This document shows positions 47,697 to 58,259 of a stretch of DNA of 64,000 nt, piece after piece. Source of the DNA: Ranitomeya imitator (Eukaryota). The translations under genes and the position numbers were made by a program. Where the stretch lies: contig NC_091288.1 in the NCBI RefSeq assembly GCF_032444005.1, positions 225,308,001 through 225,372,000 of the forward strand, in the 5' to 3' direction. Below the pieces are notes generated by a model that was given only the letters and a program-made list of their open reading frames with translations, was not told the DNA's origin and did no database searches. Positions within the stretch are counted from its first letter, which is position 1; every line of letters begins with the position of its first letter.

Positions 47697-48759
47697 TTAA
47701 AGCTGCTCCTTATCTCTTCGTTGTCTTCTTACCAGTTGTTTGCTGGCAATGGATGTCGTCTTTTGTTGCATCTGGCAGTCGGAGTGTCCCCAATTCTTGC
47801 ATGATTCTCAGCTAGTTTTAACAGGACAATACCCAGTCCTCCACAGCCATAGGTTTCCTAGCTTTTAGGTCTATGGCCAACGGTGCCCGGCTGCCTCTGC
47901 TGCTTTTAACTCTAACGTAGCCAACGGCCAGTGGTTTTCTGTCACTAATCACAACCCCTTATAGAGAGGGTCTTAACAGGTATCATGGTGGCCCCTAAGG
48001 GTATGTGACTTCAATGTCCAGGAGACACCTTCATGTCACGTCCGATGGTGACTTACCACTACGCCAAGCAAGACCCAAGATGAACACCAGGGTTACCACC
48101 ACCACTTTCCATGACGAGGTCCTGGATTTATGAGGCCCAGTTATGTGCAGCAGATCCTCACTCTCCACCACTGTGGATCCTAGAAATGTTTTGCAGACTT
48201 TTCCAGCCACGGTCGTGGATGAGCTACGGCTTTGGTAGGCAAACCTCAAAATAGCTGACAGGACGCAATTTGATTTGTGTGCAGTCCAGTGCACCCAGTC
48301 TCCGGAGAAAACTAGTCTAACCATCCAGGTGCACTATCTGGTTTGAGGTCTTTTCCCTTGTTTATGGGATTTGTCCAGTGTCTATTGGCCTTGTTTTTTG
48401 CTTGTTTGGAGCTTTTTTAAAAAGCAGCCACATTGGATGTCCTGCCCCCCAGAAGTCCACCAAATCTCCCTATTTCAATTAGACCACTCTCCTCTTCCCA
48501 CGGTGAACACATGCACCTTTGGCCGATCTGAGGGTGCATGTGTTTGGACAGGAAAGGAGACATTGTTAATAACCAAACACTATTTGTAAGACTTGCCTTA
48601 CAAGAGATTTATAAGGGGATCACAGGTGTTTAACTTTTTATGCACCCCAATATCTTACTTGCTTTTGTTGTCTGAAATTTGGGTATTGCTGTTCAGCTTG
48701 TAACCAGAATCCCCCAGTCTTTCTCTTCTCAGTTACAGAGGTCACCTGCTGCCTCCACT

Positions 48760-50960
48760 ACACCACCGCTGAATTCTGTCCTGGCTCCACTAGACCACCG
48801 CTGAAGCCTGTGCTGGCTCCACTAGACCACCGCTAAAGCCTGTGCTGGCTCCACGAGACCACCACTGATGCCTCTGCTGGCCCCACTAGACCACCCGATG
48901 CCTCTGCTTGCCCCACTAGACCACCACTGAAGCCTGTGCTGGCTCCACTAGACCACCCCTGATGCCTCTGCTGGCTCCACTAGACCACCACTGAAGCCTG
49001 TGCTGGCTCCACTAGACCACCACTGAAGCCTGTGCTGACTCCACTAGACCACCACTGAAGCCTGTGCTGGCTCCACTAGACCACCACTGAAGCCTGTGCT
49101 GGCTCCACTAGACCACCACTGAAGCCTGTGCTGACTCCACTAGACCACCACTGAAGCCTGTGCTGGCTCCACTAGACCACCACTGAAGCCTGTGCTGACT
49201 CCATTAGACCACCACTGAAGCCTGTGCTGGCTCCACTAGACCACCACTGAAGCCTGTGCTAGCTCCACTAGACCACCCCTGATGCCTCTGCTGGCTCCAC
49301 TAGACCACCACTGAAGCCTGTGCTGGCTCCACTAGACCACCACTGAAGCCTGTGCTAGCTCCACTAGACCACCCCTGATGCCTCTGCTGGCTCCACTAGA
49401 CCACCACCGAAGCCTGTGCTGCCTCCACTAGACTAACATTTAAAGGGAACCTGTCACCTCCCCCCCCCCAGGCGTTTGTAACTAAGAGGGCCACCTTGTG
49501 CAGCACTGATGCTGCATTCTGACAAGGTGGCTCTTTTAGTTCGGGTCCCTGGCACTGCTGCAATAATCGCTTTTGAAGTTTGTCCCTCATACCTGTGAAA
49601 TCGTCCTGGGGCAGGTCTTTCCCTCCGAATCCAAACGCCTCGCAGCCATCAATCATGGCCTCTGCGCGCCGGGCTCCGCCTCCTCTCCTTCATTAGCGTT
49701 CCCAGCACCTGCACTGTAAGTTCGAAGGGCAGCGCAACTGCGCATGCCCGGAAAAAAAAAAACAGCACAGGCGCCGGGGACGCTAATGAAGGAGAGGAGG
49801 TGGCGCCCAGAGGCCATGATTGACGGCTGCGAGGCATCTGGATTCGGAGGGAAAGACCTGCCCCCGGGACGATTTCACAGGTATGAGGGACAAACTTCAA
49901 AAGCAACTACTGCAGCAGTGCCAGGAACAAGAACGAAAAGAGCCACTTTGTCAGAATGCAGCATTAGTGCAGCACAAGGTGGCTCTTTTAGTTACAAACG
50001 TTTGGGGGTGACAGGTTCCCTTTAAGCCTGTGCTGCCTCCACTAGACCAACATTTAAGCCTGTGCTGTCCCTAATTGGCCACGGCTGAAGCCTGTGCTGC
50101 CGCCACTAGACCATTGCTGAAGCTTGTATTGCCTCCATTAGACCACCGCTCAAACCCTGTGCTGCCTCCACTAAACAACCACTGAAGCCTGTGCTGTCCC
50201 TAGTAGGCCACCGCTGAAGCCTGTGCTGCCTCCAACAGACCATTGCTGAAGCTTGTATTGCCTCCATTTGACCACTGCTGAAACTCTGTGCTGCCTCCAC
50301 TAAACCACTACTGAAGCCTGTGCTGTCGCTAATAGGCCCCTGCTGAAGCCTGTGTTGCTTCCACTAGGCCACAGCTGAAGCCTGTGATGCCTCCACTAAG
50401 CCACCGATGAAGCCTGTGTTGCCTCCACTAGGCCACCACGGAAGCCTGTGCTGCCTCCACTAGGCTACCTCTGAAGCCTGTGCTTTCCCTAAAAGGCCAC
50501 CACTGTAGCCTGTGCGGCCTCCACTAGACCACTGTTGAAGCCTGCATTACCTCCATTAGACCACCGCTGAAGGCCTGTGCTGCCTCAATTAGACCAGCAC
50601 TGAAGCCTGTTCATCCTCCACTAGGCCACCGTTGAAGCCTGTGCTGCCTCAAATAGGCCACCGCTGAAGCCTGTACTGCCTCCACTAGGTCACCGCTGAA
50701 GCCTGTACTGCCTCCACTAGGTCACCGCTGAATCCTGTACTGCCTCCACTAGGTCACCGCTGAATCCTGTACTGCCTCCACTAGGTCACCGCTGAATCCT
50801 GTACTGCCTCCACTAGGTCACCGCTGAATCCTGTACTGCCTCCACTAGGTCACCGCTGAAGCCTGTACTGCCTCCACTAGGTCACCGCTGAAGCCTGTAC
50901 TGCCTCCACTAGGACACTGCTGAAACCTGTGCTACCTCCATTAGACCACCATTGAAGCCT
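48760..50960. repeat. 32-bp minisatellite (ccactagaccaccactgaagcctgtgctggct) split by a MITE
   Basis: Same unit on both sides of 49444-50021. Confidence 0.9.
49444..50021. mobile_element. T2/Kolobok-type fold-back MITE (578 bp)
   Basis: TTAA TSD; perfect TIRs agggaacctgtcacc / ggtgacaggttccct; ~250-bp imperfect palindromic arms. Confidence 0.87.
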
Positions 50961-51272
50961 GTGGAGGATAATGGGGGTGACGCATTAGATAGTGATCATA
51001 CAGTGCTGCCTGTACACAGCCTGCTCTGCGAGTTCGCAGGACCTGAACATTAAATCTACAGTGTAGCATGCGAGCAGCAACTTATACACTAAGCCCCTTC
51101 CTTCACCTTGTGCTTTACATGCGCCAACTCAGAAAGATTCTCCTAATGAAGTCCATTAGTTTTTCTGCACCGTATGGTACCCCTTCCGTGGCATTTAAAG
51201 TACCCCCGCATGCAGTAGGATACCCCACAGAAGTATCCACCATGCCTGTGTCCCCTGATACCTATTCTTGTG

Positions 51273-51343
51273 ACATAGTAACATAGTTAGTAAGGCCGAA
51301 AAAAGACATTTGTCCATCCAGTTCAGCCTATATTCTTCATAAT
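51273..51343 (-). mobile_element. Short 3' end of the same (ctatgtta)n CR1 family
   Basis: acatagtaacatagttagtaaggccgaaaaaagacatttgtccatccagttcagcc. Confidence 0.8.
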
Positions 51344-52069
51344 AATATGGACATGCAGGTCCTCCAGCCTCTCCATGGATGGAATAGGGAGCAGAGATCT
51401 GGCTGGGATAGATGCCTGGCAGCTGCACAAAGGGGCATGTGTTAAATGGAAAATTTGCATCCCACAAACAAGAAACTTCCACTTTTATGACCTAAATCTT
51501 CTTAATCCCGGTATATCCCTTTAAAATGAATTTTCCAAGATCAACAAAATGTAGCAGAAGGCAGAAACCGTGAGCCCCCCGTCCCCACCGCCTGATGCTT
51601 CCTGCTGACATCGGTTTATTGTCTGCAGCAGCAATGAGGGGAGACAGCCTGGGACCCCCAGAGCCCCCAGTGCTGAAGGGGCAGGGAACAAGGACAGACA
51701 CAGCCGTCATGGCCCGATAACGACATGTCATTATGTTCCCTGATGTAAATGTCCCCGCTCATCGGAGTATTGACAGTCCCGCAGTTTACCCCGCACTAAC
51801 ACGGCACAGATCACACTGATCAGGGTTACAATGGTGTAATGATGTCACAGAGGTCAAGAACAACAATCACCTCAATTCCAAACTGTACCCCAAATTCTCA
51901 GATTCATAACATTAAATATAATCCAGTTCCAATCTTCAGTGCAGGAGACGACGTCAGTGGCGTAATGAAATGTATCATGCAGAATGTAAAGGAAGTCGCC
52001 ACTACAGGCGGAATGGCCGGTGCGGGACAGATGAAGAGCCTGGGAAAGTGGTTCTGTGGATGAAACTCA

Positions 52070-53900
52070 GGGGGTGGGGCAGAGGGAGGAGCTCAATATA
52101 GGGGAGTGGCAGAGGGAGGAGCTCAATATAGGGGTGGGGCAGAGGGAGGAGCACATTGTGGAGGTGGGGCAGAGGGAGGAGCTCAATATGGGGGTGTGGC
52201 AGAGGGAGGAGCTCAATATAGGGGTGGGGCAGAGGGAGGAGCACATTGTGGGGATGGAGCAGAGGGAGGAGCTCATTATGGGGATGGAGCAGAGGGAGGA
52301 GCTCATTATGGGGATGGAGCAGAGGGAGGAGCTCATTATGGGGATGGAGCAGAGGGAGGAGCTCATTATGGGGATGGAGCAGAGGGAGGAGCTCATTATG
52401 GGGATGGAGCAGAGGGAGGAGCTCATTATGGGGATGGAGCAGAGGGAGGAGCTCATTATGGGGATGGAGCAGAGGGAGGAGCTCATTATGGGGATGGAGC
52501 AGAAGGAGGAGCTCATTATGGGGATGGAGCAGAAGGAGGAGCTCATGAGGATGGAGCAGAGGAAGGAGTTCATTATGGGGATGGAGCAGAAGGAGGAGTT
52601 CATTATGGGGATGGAGCAGAGGGAGGAGCTCATTATGGGGATGGAGCAGAGGGAGGAGCTCATTATGGGGATGGAGCAGAGGGAGGAGCTCATTATGGGG
52701 ATGGAGCAGAAGGAGGAGCTCATTATGGGGATGGAGCAGAAGGAGGAGCTCATGAGGATGGAGCAGAGGAAGGAGTTCATTATGGGGATGGAGCAGAAGG
52801 AGGAGCTCATTATGGGGATGGAGCAGAGGGAGGAGCTCATTATGGGGATGGAGCAGAGGGAGGAGCTCATTATGGGGATGGAGCAGAAGGAGGAGCTCAT
52901 TATGGGGATGGAGCAGAGGGAGGAGCTCATTATGGGGATGAAGCAGAGGGAGGAGCTCATTATGGGGATGGAGCAGAGGGAGGAGCTCATTATGGGGATG
53001 GAGCAGAGGGAAGAGCTCATTATGGGGATGGAGCAGAAGGAGGAGCTCATTATGGGGATGGAGCAGAAGGAGGAGCTCATGAGGATGGAGCAGAGGAAGG
53101 AGTTCATTATGGGGATGGAGCAGAAGGAGGAGTTCATTATGGGGATGGAGCAGAGGAAGGAGCTCATTATGGGGATGGAGCAGAGGGAAGAGCTCATTAT
53201 GGGGATGAGCAGAAGGAGGAGCTCATTATGGGGATGGAGCAGAAAGAGGAGCTCATGAGGATGGAGCAGAGGAAGGAGCTCATTACGAGAATGGAGCAGA
53301 GGAAGGAGTTCATTATGGGGATGGAGCAGAAGGAGGAGTTCATTATGGGGATGGAGCAGAGGAAGGAGCTCATTATGGGGATGGAGCAGAGGAAGGAGCT
53401 CATTATGGGGATGGAGCAGAGGAAGGAGCTCATTATGGGGATGGAGCAGAGGAAGGAGCTCATTATGAGGATGGAGCTCATTATGGGGATGGAGCAGAGG
53501 AAGGAGCTCATTATGGGGATGGAGCTGAGGAAGGAGCTCATTATGGGGATGGAGCAGAGGAAAGAGCTCATTATGCAGATGGAGCAGGAGGAGCTCATTA
53601 TGGGGTGGATCAGAGGGAGCTCATTATGGGGTGGATCGGAGAGAGGAGCTCATTATAGGGATGGATCGGAGGGAAACGTTCATTATGGGATGGAGCAAAA
53701 AAAGCTTACTATAGGCTATGGAGCAAAAGGAGGAGCTCATTATGGGGGTGGAGCAAAGGGAGGAGCTCATAGGGGTGGATCGGAGGGAGAAGCTCATTAT
53801 GGGATGGAGAAAAGGGAGAAGCTTATTATAAGAGCAGAAGGAGGAGCTCATGCTGGGGTGGATCGGAGGGGGGAGCTCATTACAGGGGTGAAGCAGAGGG
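52070..53900. repeat. 30-bp G-rich minisatellite (ggggatggagcagagggaggagctcattat)
   Basis: Regular 30-bp period, degenerate at both ends. Confidence 0.93.
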
Positions 53901-54721
53901 AGCAGCTTATTATAGGGGGTGGAGTACATTATAGGAGATGCAGCTGAGAGGCGATCATTATAACGGAGGATAACATGGAGCAGCAGAAGTGTAGGACATG
54001 CAAAGAGTGAATGCATTACATTATCAACCTCAGCACAGATCACGTCTCACCTTATAGACGAAGATAAATATACACGTATGTACACAAGTGTTAGGACCAT
54101 CTTTGTCCCTTTGTTCATCAGAGCTCAGTCTTTACGAGGACAGAACAATCAAAGAATCACGTAAAAACAGAAGGCGACGCAACCAAAATATATACAAAAA
54201 AAGTGAAATGTGGGAAGGAGGCATCATGCATCTCAATACAGGGACTATAATCAAGTGCTACCCCTAGAAAGGATGTAAACGAGGACCTTCCATTCATTTC
54301 CACGTGGAGTGCAAAACATGGCAACTGCTTCCTGCTTGTCCACAAGGCACCGCCATGGGCACATCACAGGGGCCAGCTCATTGCAGTATAATGCAGGTGC
54401 CAGAGAGATAAAAGGCATGCAGGAAAAAAGGTCTTAAGTCATTTTCTCCTCTTGAACAAAGCACACTGTTGAGATGTCATTGAGGACTCAGGGCTACTGT
54501 CCCACGCGTCTATATACAGAGGACAGAGAGCAATGGAGGAAGCTATGTTTGGAGATCAAGTTGTGCAAAAAAAAAAAAAAGTGCCTTGGAGTGAAGGATT
54601 TCCAGTTTCGAGGTTTCCTATGACAAAGCGCAAGGGTTTACCATTCCCCTTGTTGGCACAGCAGACGAAAGATCCATATGACCACAGTCCATAAGACTCC
54701 TGAATGACCAACAAGCGGCCC

Positions 54722-55336
54722 TCAGAAGTAAGTGTCATGAGCTGCACTACCGTCTGTGGCCCCAGAGCCACTGTTTCGTGGGGAATCTGCTGCTGAAGAT
54801 TCTTTACGCCTGAAGGAGAATTTCCGTTCCTTCTTTTGTCGGGACTCTGCTTTCTCTCGTTCTTTCTGCACTCGTTTTTCCTCCTTTTCTTTCTGTTTTT
54901 CCCGCTCTTTCTCCTTCTTCCGCTCTTCTCGTTCCTCTTTTTCTCTCTTCTTTTCTTGCTCACGCTCTTCTTTCTCTCTTTTTTTCTCTTGCTTCTCCTT
55001 GCCCTTCTTAGTAGCTTCTTTGGGTGGTCCGAGAGGAGCCTGATTGGAGGTGGGAGATGGTAGTGCAGGGCGCAGTCCTTCAGATACCACCAACGATTCG
55101 GGCTGGGCAGCGACTGCTGGTGTGGCTGGCGGGGAAGGTCGTCGAATGCTAGACAGGCTAAGCCGGCTGCCACTGAGGGTGGGATTGAGACGCAGCTTCT
55201 CTTCATGGATCTGCCTGGTTCCATGTAAACGTCGAGAGGGTCGGTACTGTAACTCTCCTCGATTCTCCCTCCATTTCCGCAACTGAGTGTTGCTCTCTCT
55301 CTCGATTAATGAATCGGTGACAGGAAGGGAACTCAC
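54722..55336 (-). CDS. TBC1D10B: TBC1D10B exon 9 (last coding exon; basic/acidic coiled-coil tail ending DTYF)
   Basis: Acceptor tttcacag. VSSLPVTDSLIERE...KWRENRGELQYRPSRRLHG and the KEKQEKK-rich tail match TBC1D10B. Confidence 0.92.
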   Translation of the reverse strand: MSSLPVTDSLIERESNTQLRKWRENRGELQYRPSRRLHGTRQIHEEKLRLNPTLSGSRLSLSSIRRPSPPATPAVAAQPESLVVSEGLRPALPSPTSNQAPLGPPKEATKKGKEKQEKKREKEEREQEKKREKEEREERKKEKEREKQKEKEEKRVQKEREKAESRQKKERKFSFRRKESSAADSPRNSGSGATDGSAAHDTYF

Positions 55337-55417
55337 CTGTGAAAACAGAAATTGCTGTGAGGACCTCCCTAAAATAAGGACTCCTCAATGAGAAGGTACT
55401 GGTGGTGCAGAGCTCAC

Positions 55418-55572
55418 CTCAGGGAGCAGGACCTCCTCCTGCATACAGTAAACCGGAAGACTACGCAGCTTCTCCATAGTCTCGTACATCCCTTGACAAC
55501 TGCGCAGCTTGTCCACCGAGCCCAGAGTGTGTCGCAGTAACACCAACCCCACACGAAATATGATCTTCACCC
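55418..55572 (-). CDS. TBC1D10B: TBC1D10B exon 8 (155 nt)
   Basis: ag|GG GTG AAG ATC...GAG|gtgag; VKIIFRVGLVLLRHTLGSVDKLRSCQGMYETME. Confidence 0.92.
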
Positions 55573-55642
55573 CTTCAATAAGATATACATTAATAGAGTG
55601 ATGTAGAACGAGACCCTCCCGTACTTTATCACGCCCTCATAC

Positions 55643-55832
55643 CTTCACAGAAGAACATGTCCCACACACGCAGCACAGAGACCCAGGGTAACGTGCGGGA
55701 GAAGATGCACATGAACCACTCCGTCATATACAGAATGGGATCAATCTTAAACTTCTTCAGGTGTCTGTAGGCCATAGGGCAAACCCTGCGCAACAGGGCA
55801 AAGAAAATCTCTCCATCCAGCTGTATGGCTTC
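55643..55832 (-). CDS. TBC1D10B: TBC1D10B exon 7 (190 nt)
   Basis: ag|GAA GCC...GAA G|gtatg; [14 protein letters not shown]...[17 protein letters not shown]...WDMFFCEG. Confidence 0.92.
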
Positions 55833-56100
55833 CTAAAGGAGGACAGCAAGACGAAAACTGAGCCTGGCATAAAGAAGGCCACTGCCGACATGCGGGATGG
55901 GCAAGGAACGTTAAGGGTGCCGACCTGAGGATGGGCAAGGGACGTAATGGGGGCCGACCTGCGGGACGGGCAAGGCACCAAGAGGTGCCAACATGCGGGA
56001 CGGGCAAAAGACTGACTGGCGCCGATACGTAGGAAAAGCAGGACTGATAGCACATATGTACGTAGATACAGGCAGTGTAATGATGAAGGATGGGACTCAC

Positions 56101-56166
56101 CAGACCGGCGCTGTAATATCCCGGTAGATACTTGTCACAGATCTGAACTAGGCACCAGAACGCTTG
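56101..56166 (-). CDS. TBC1D10B: TBC1D10B exon 6 (66 nt)
   Basis: ag|CAA...CTG|gtgagt; QAFWCLVQICDKYLPGYYSAGL. Confidence 0.92.
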
Positions 56167-56501
56167 CTGAGGGCAACACAATCAGAGACAATGAGAGTGC
56201 AGCAAGCAGTACACTACCTCCAGTACTGCAAGTCTACCCCTGCTACGACCAATCCAACCCACTACAGCTAGGTCACAACAGCAATGGTCAGGCCACCCCT
56301 ACTACAGCTGGACCACCCCCACTACAGCTGTTCCACAACTGAAAAGGCCGGGTCACCCCCACTTCGGCCGGGCCGCACCACCCCACAGCAAATCCATCTG
56401 GTTATCCTGCAATACATGGAGAGGAGCTCTGTGTTTCCACCTTATCCAGCCCCTCTCCTCCATAGCCCCAGCCTCATACAGGGTCACTGGTAAGAAGTTA
56501 C

Positions 56502-56616
56502 CTCAGCCGGCATGTGCATGAGGAGCACCGCTGCCACCGGAGCCTGTGCCTGGCAGTATCCTTCTTCTGGTCGGTATACTGTATACGCCTTCAGTATGCG
56601 GTACAAATCCTGCTGC
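56502..56616 (-). CDS. TBC1D10B: TBC1D10B exon 5 (115 nt; YCQ glutamine finger)
   Basis: ag|G CAG CAG GAT...GAG|gtaac; [38 protein letters not shown]. Confidence 0.92.
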
Positions 56617-56714
56617 CTGCCATTGAAGAACAGAGAAAGGACATGGGACAAAGTCCACCTACATGTCACCAGCAGCTTCTCCAAAGCAAAGTTGTGTATG
56701 TGCCAATACCTAGC

Positions 56715-57296
56715 CTGCCCCATCTCACCCGCGTGCCCTCCCACATCCTGCCCCATCTCACCCGCGTGCCCTCCCACATCCTGCCCCATCTCACCCGCGT
56801 GCCCTCCCACATCCTGCCCCATCTCACCCGCTTGCCCTCCCACATCCTGCCCCATCTCACCCGCGTGCCCTCCCACATCCTGCCCCATCTCACCCGCGTG
56901 CCCTCCCACATCCTGCCCCATCTCACCCGCGTGCCCTCCCACATCCTGCCCCATCTCACCCGCGTGCCCTCCCACATCCTGCCCCATCTCACCCGCGTGC
57001 CCTCCCACATCCTGCCCCATCTCACCCGCGTGCCCTCCCACATCCTGCCCCATCTCACCCGCGTGCCCTCCCACATCCTGCCCCATCTCACCCGCGTGCC
57101 CTCCCACATCCTGCCCCATCTCACCCGCGTGCCCTCCCACATCCTGCCCCATCTCACCCGCGTGCCCTCCCACATCCTGCCCCATCTCACCCGCGTGCCC
57201 TCCCACATCCTGCCCCATCTCACCCGTGTGCCCTCCCACATCCTGCCCCATCTCACCCGTGTGCCCTCCTTCATCCTGCCCCATCTCACCCGTGTT
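56715..57296. repeat. 33-bp minisatellite in TBC1D10B intron 4, derived from the exon 4 donor site
   Basis: Sense-strand unit TGGGAGGGCACGCGGGTGAGATGGGGCAGGATG; GT at exactly 33-nt spacing from 57289 to 56728 (18 copies). Confidence 0.95.
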
Positions 57297-57348
57297 CCCC
57301 GCATCCTGCTCTCCTAACCATTTCCCTCCACATCCTGCCCCATCTCAC

Positions 57349-57455
57349 CCATGTCCTCCTCGTGCTGCAAACATCTCATGAAAAGGAAATTGCCGGTGAA
57401 GATCCTTCTCGATGACATCCAGCCACTTGGGGTCTCCTTGTTGTCGCTCCATTTC
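57349..57455 (-). CDS. TBC1D10B: TBC1D10B exon 4 (107 nt; IEKDLHR arginine finger)
   Basis: ag|GAA ATG...CAT GG|gtgag; [29 protein letters not shown]. Confidence 0.92.
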
Positions 57456-57545
57456 CTACAATTTTAAGTAAAAGCATCAAATCCCGGGCAGAAACAACCA
57501 AAGAGGAGCGGCCGCCCTCCACCACACTGTTATGGCGCCACTCAC

Positions 57546-57653
57546 CTCAAATTTCCCAGGATTTCTTATCAGAAGTTCATGGCTGTTAGAGAGGTACTGC
57601 CAGGCTTTGGCTCTCAGGGACGAGGGGATCCCCTTCCTGCATCTGAGCTTCAC
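57546..57653 (-). CDS. TBC1D10B: TBC1D10B exon 3 (108 nt)
   Basis: ag|GTG AAG...GAG|gtgag; VKLRCRKGIPSSLRAKAWQYLSNS. Confidence 0.92.
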
Positions 57654-57797
57654 CTGTGGACAAAGATCTACAGTGAAACAAACGAGGGGACAACATATCG
57701 AGCAGCAGCCGCCGTAAAGCGAGAGCCAGCCCCAGGAAGGCAGCGCCAACAGTCTCCCTGTACGCCACAGCCCATCATCCACATCCCATCATCTCAC

Positions 57798-57897
57798 CTT
57801 CTGGAATCGCCTCGTCAGCCATTTGTCCCAATTACTGAACATATCTAACCACTTCAGTTCTCGCTGTCGAGCAATTTCCACGGGAATGGCAGTCTCG
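57798..57897 (-). CDS. TBC1D10B: TBC1D10B exon 2 (100 nt)
   Basis: cag|C GAG ACT...AAG|gtgag; IPVEIARQRELKWLDMFSNWDKWLTRRFQK. Confidence 0.92.
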
Positions 57898-58259
57898 CTG
57901 CAAAAAGAAGAGAAGCGACTAAATCCATGCCTCCCTGTCACCGCCGAGCACCACTTCACACATCCGGTGCCACCGCCTCGTTGCGCATCCAGTGCCACGT
58001 CGCACATCTGGTGCCAGCGCCACGCCCCTCGTCACAAATCTGGTGCTACATCCAAGCCCCTCGTCACACATCCGGTGCCGCCATGCGCCTCGTCACACAT
58101 CCGGTGCCGCCATGCGCCTCGTCACACATCCTGTTTCATGTCACACATCCCGTGTCACCGCCATGTGCCTCATCACACCCCCAGTATCACCACCACACAC
58201 CTCGTCACAGTCCCGCATCACGCCTCAGTCAGGTAGTAATAGCAGGCGATGGCACTGAC

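Noticed and set aside
52056-53947. 400-613 aa ORFs (MEQREELIMG / GDGAEGGAHY)
   Set aside because: They come from a 30-bp minisatellite open in multiple frames, on the strand opposite and downstream of TBC1D10B.
56484-57284. Intron 4 ORF ([11 protein letters not shown])n running in frame into exon 5
   Set aside because: It would need initiation inside the intron on an unspliced RNA. Splicing from the repeat donors would put it out of frame with exon 5, and there is no promoter evidence.
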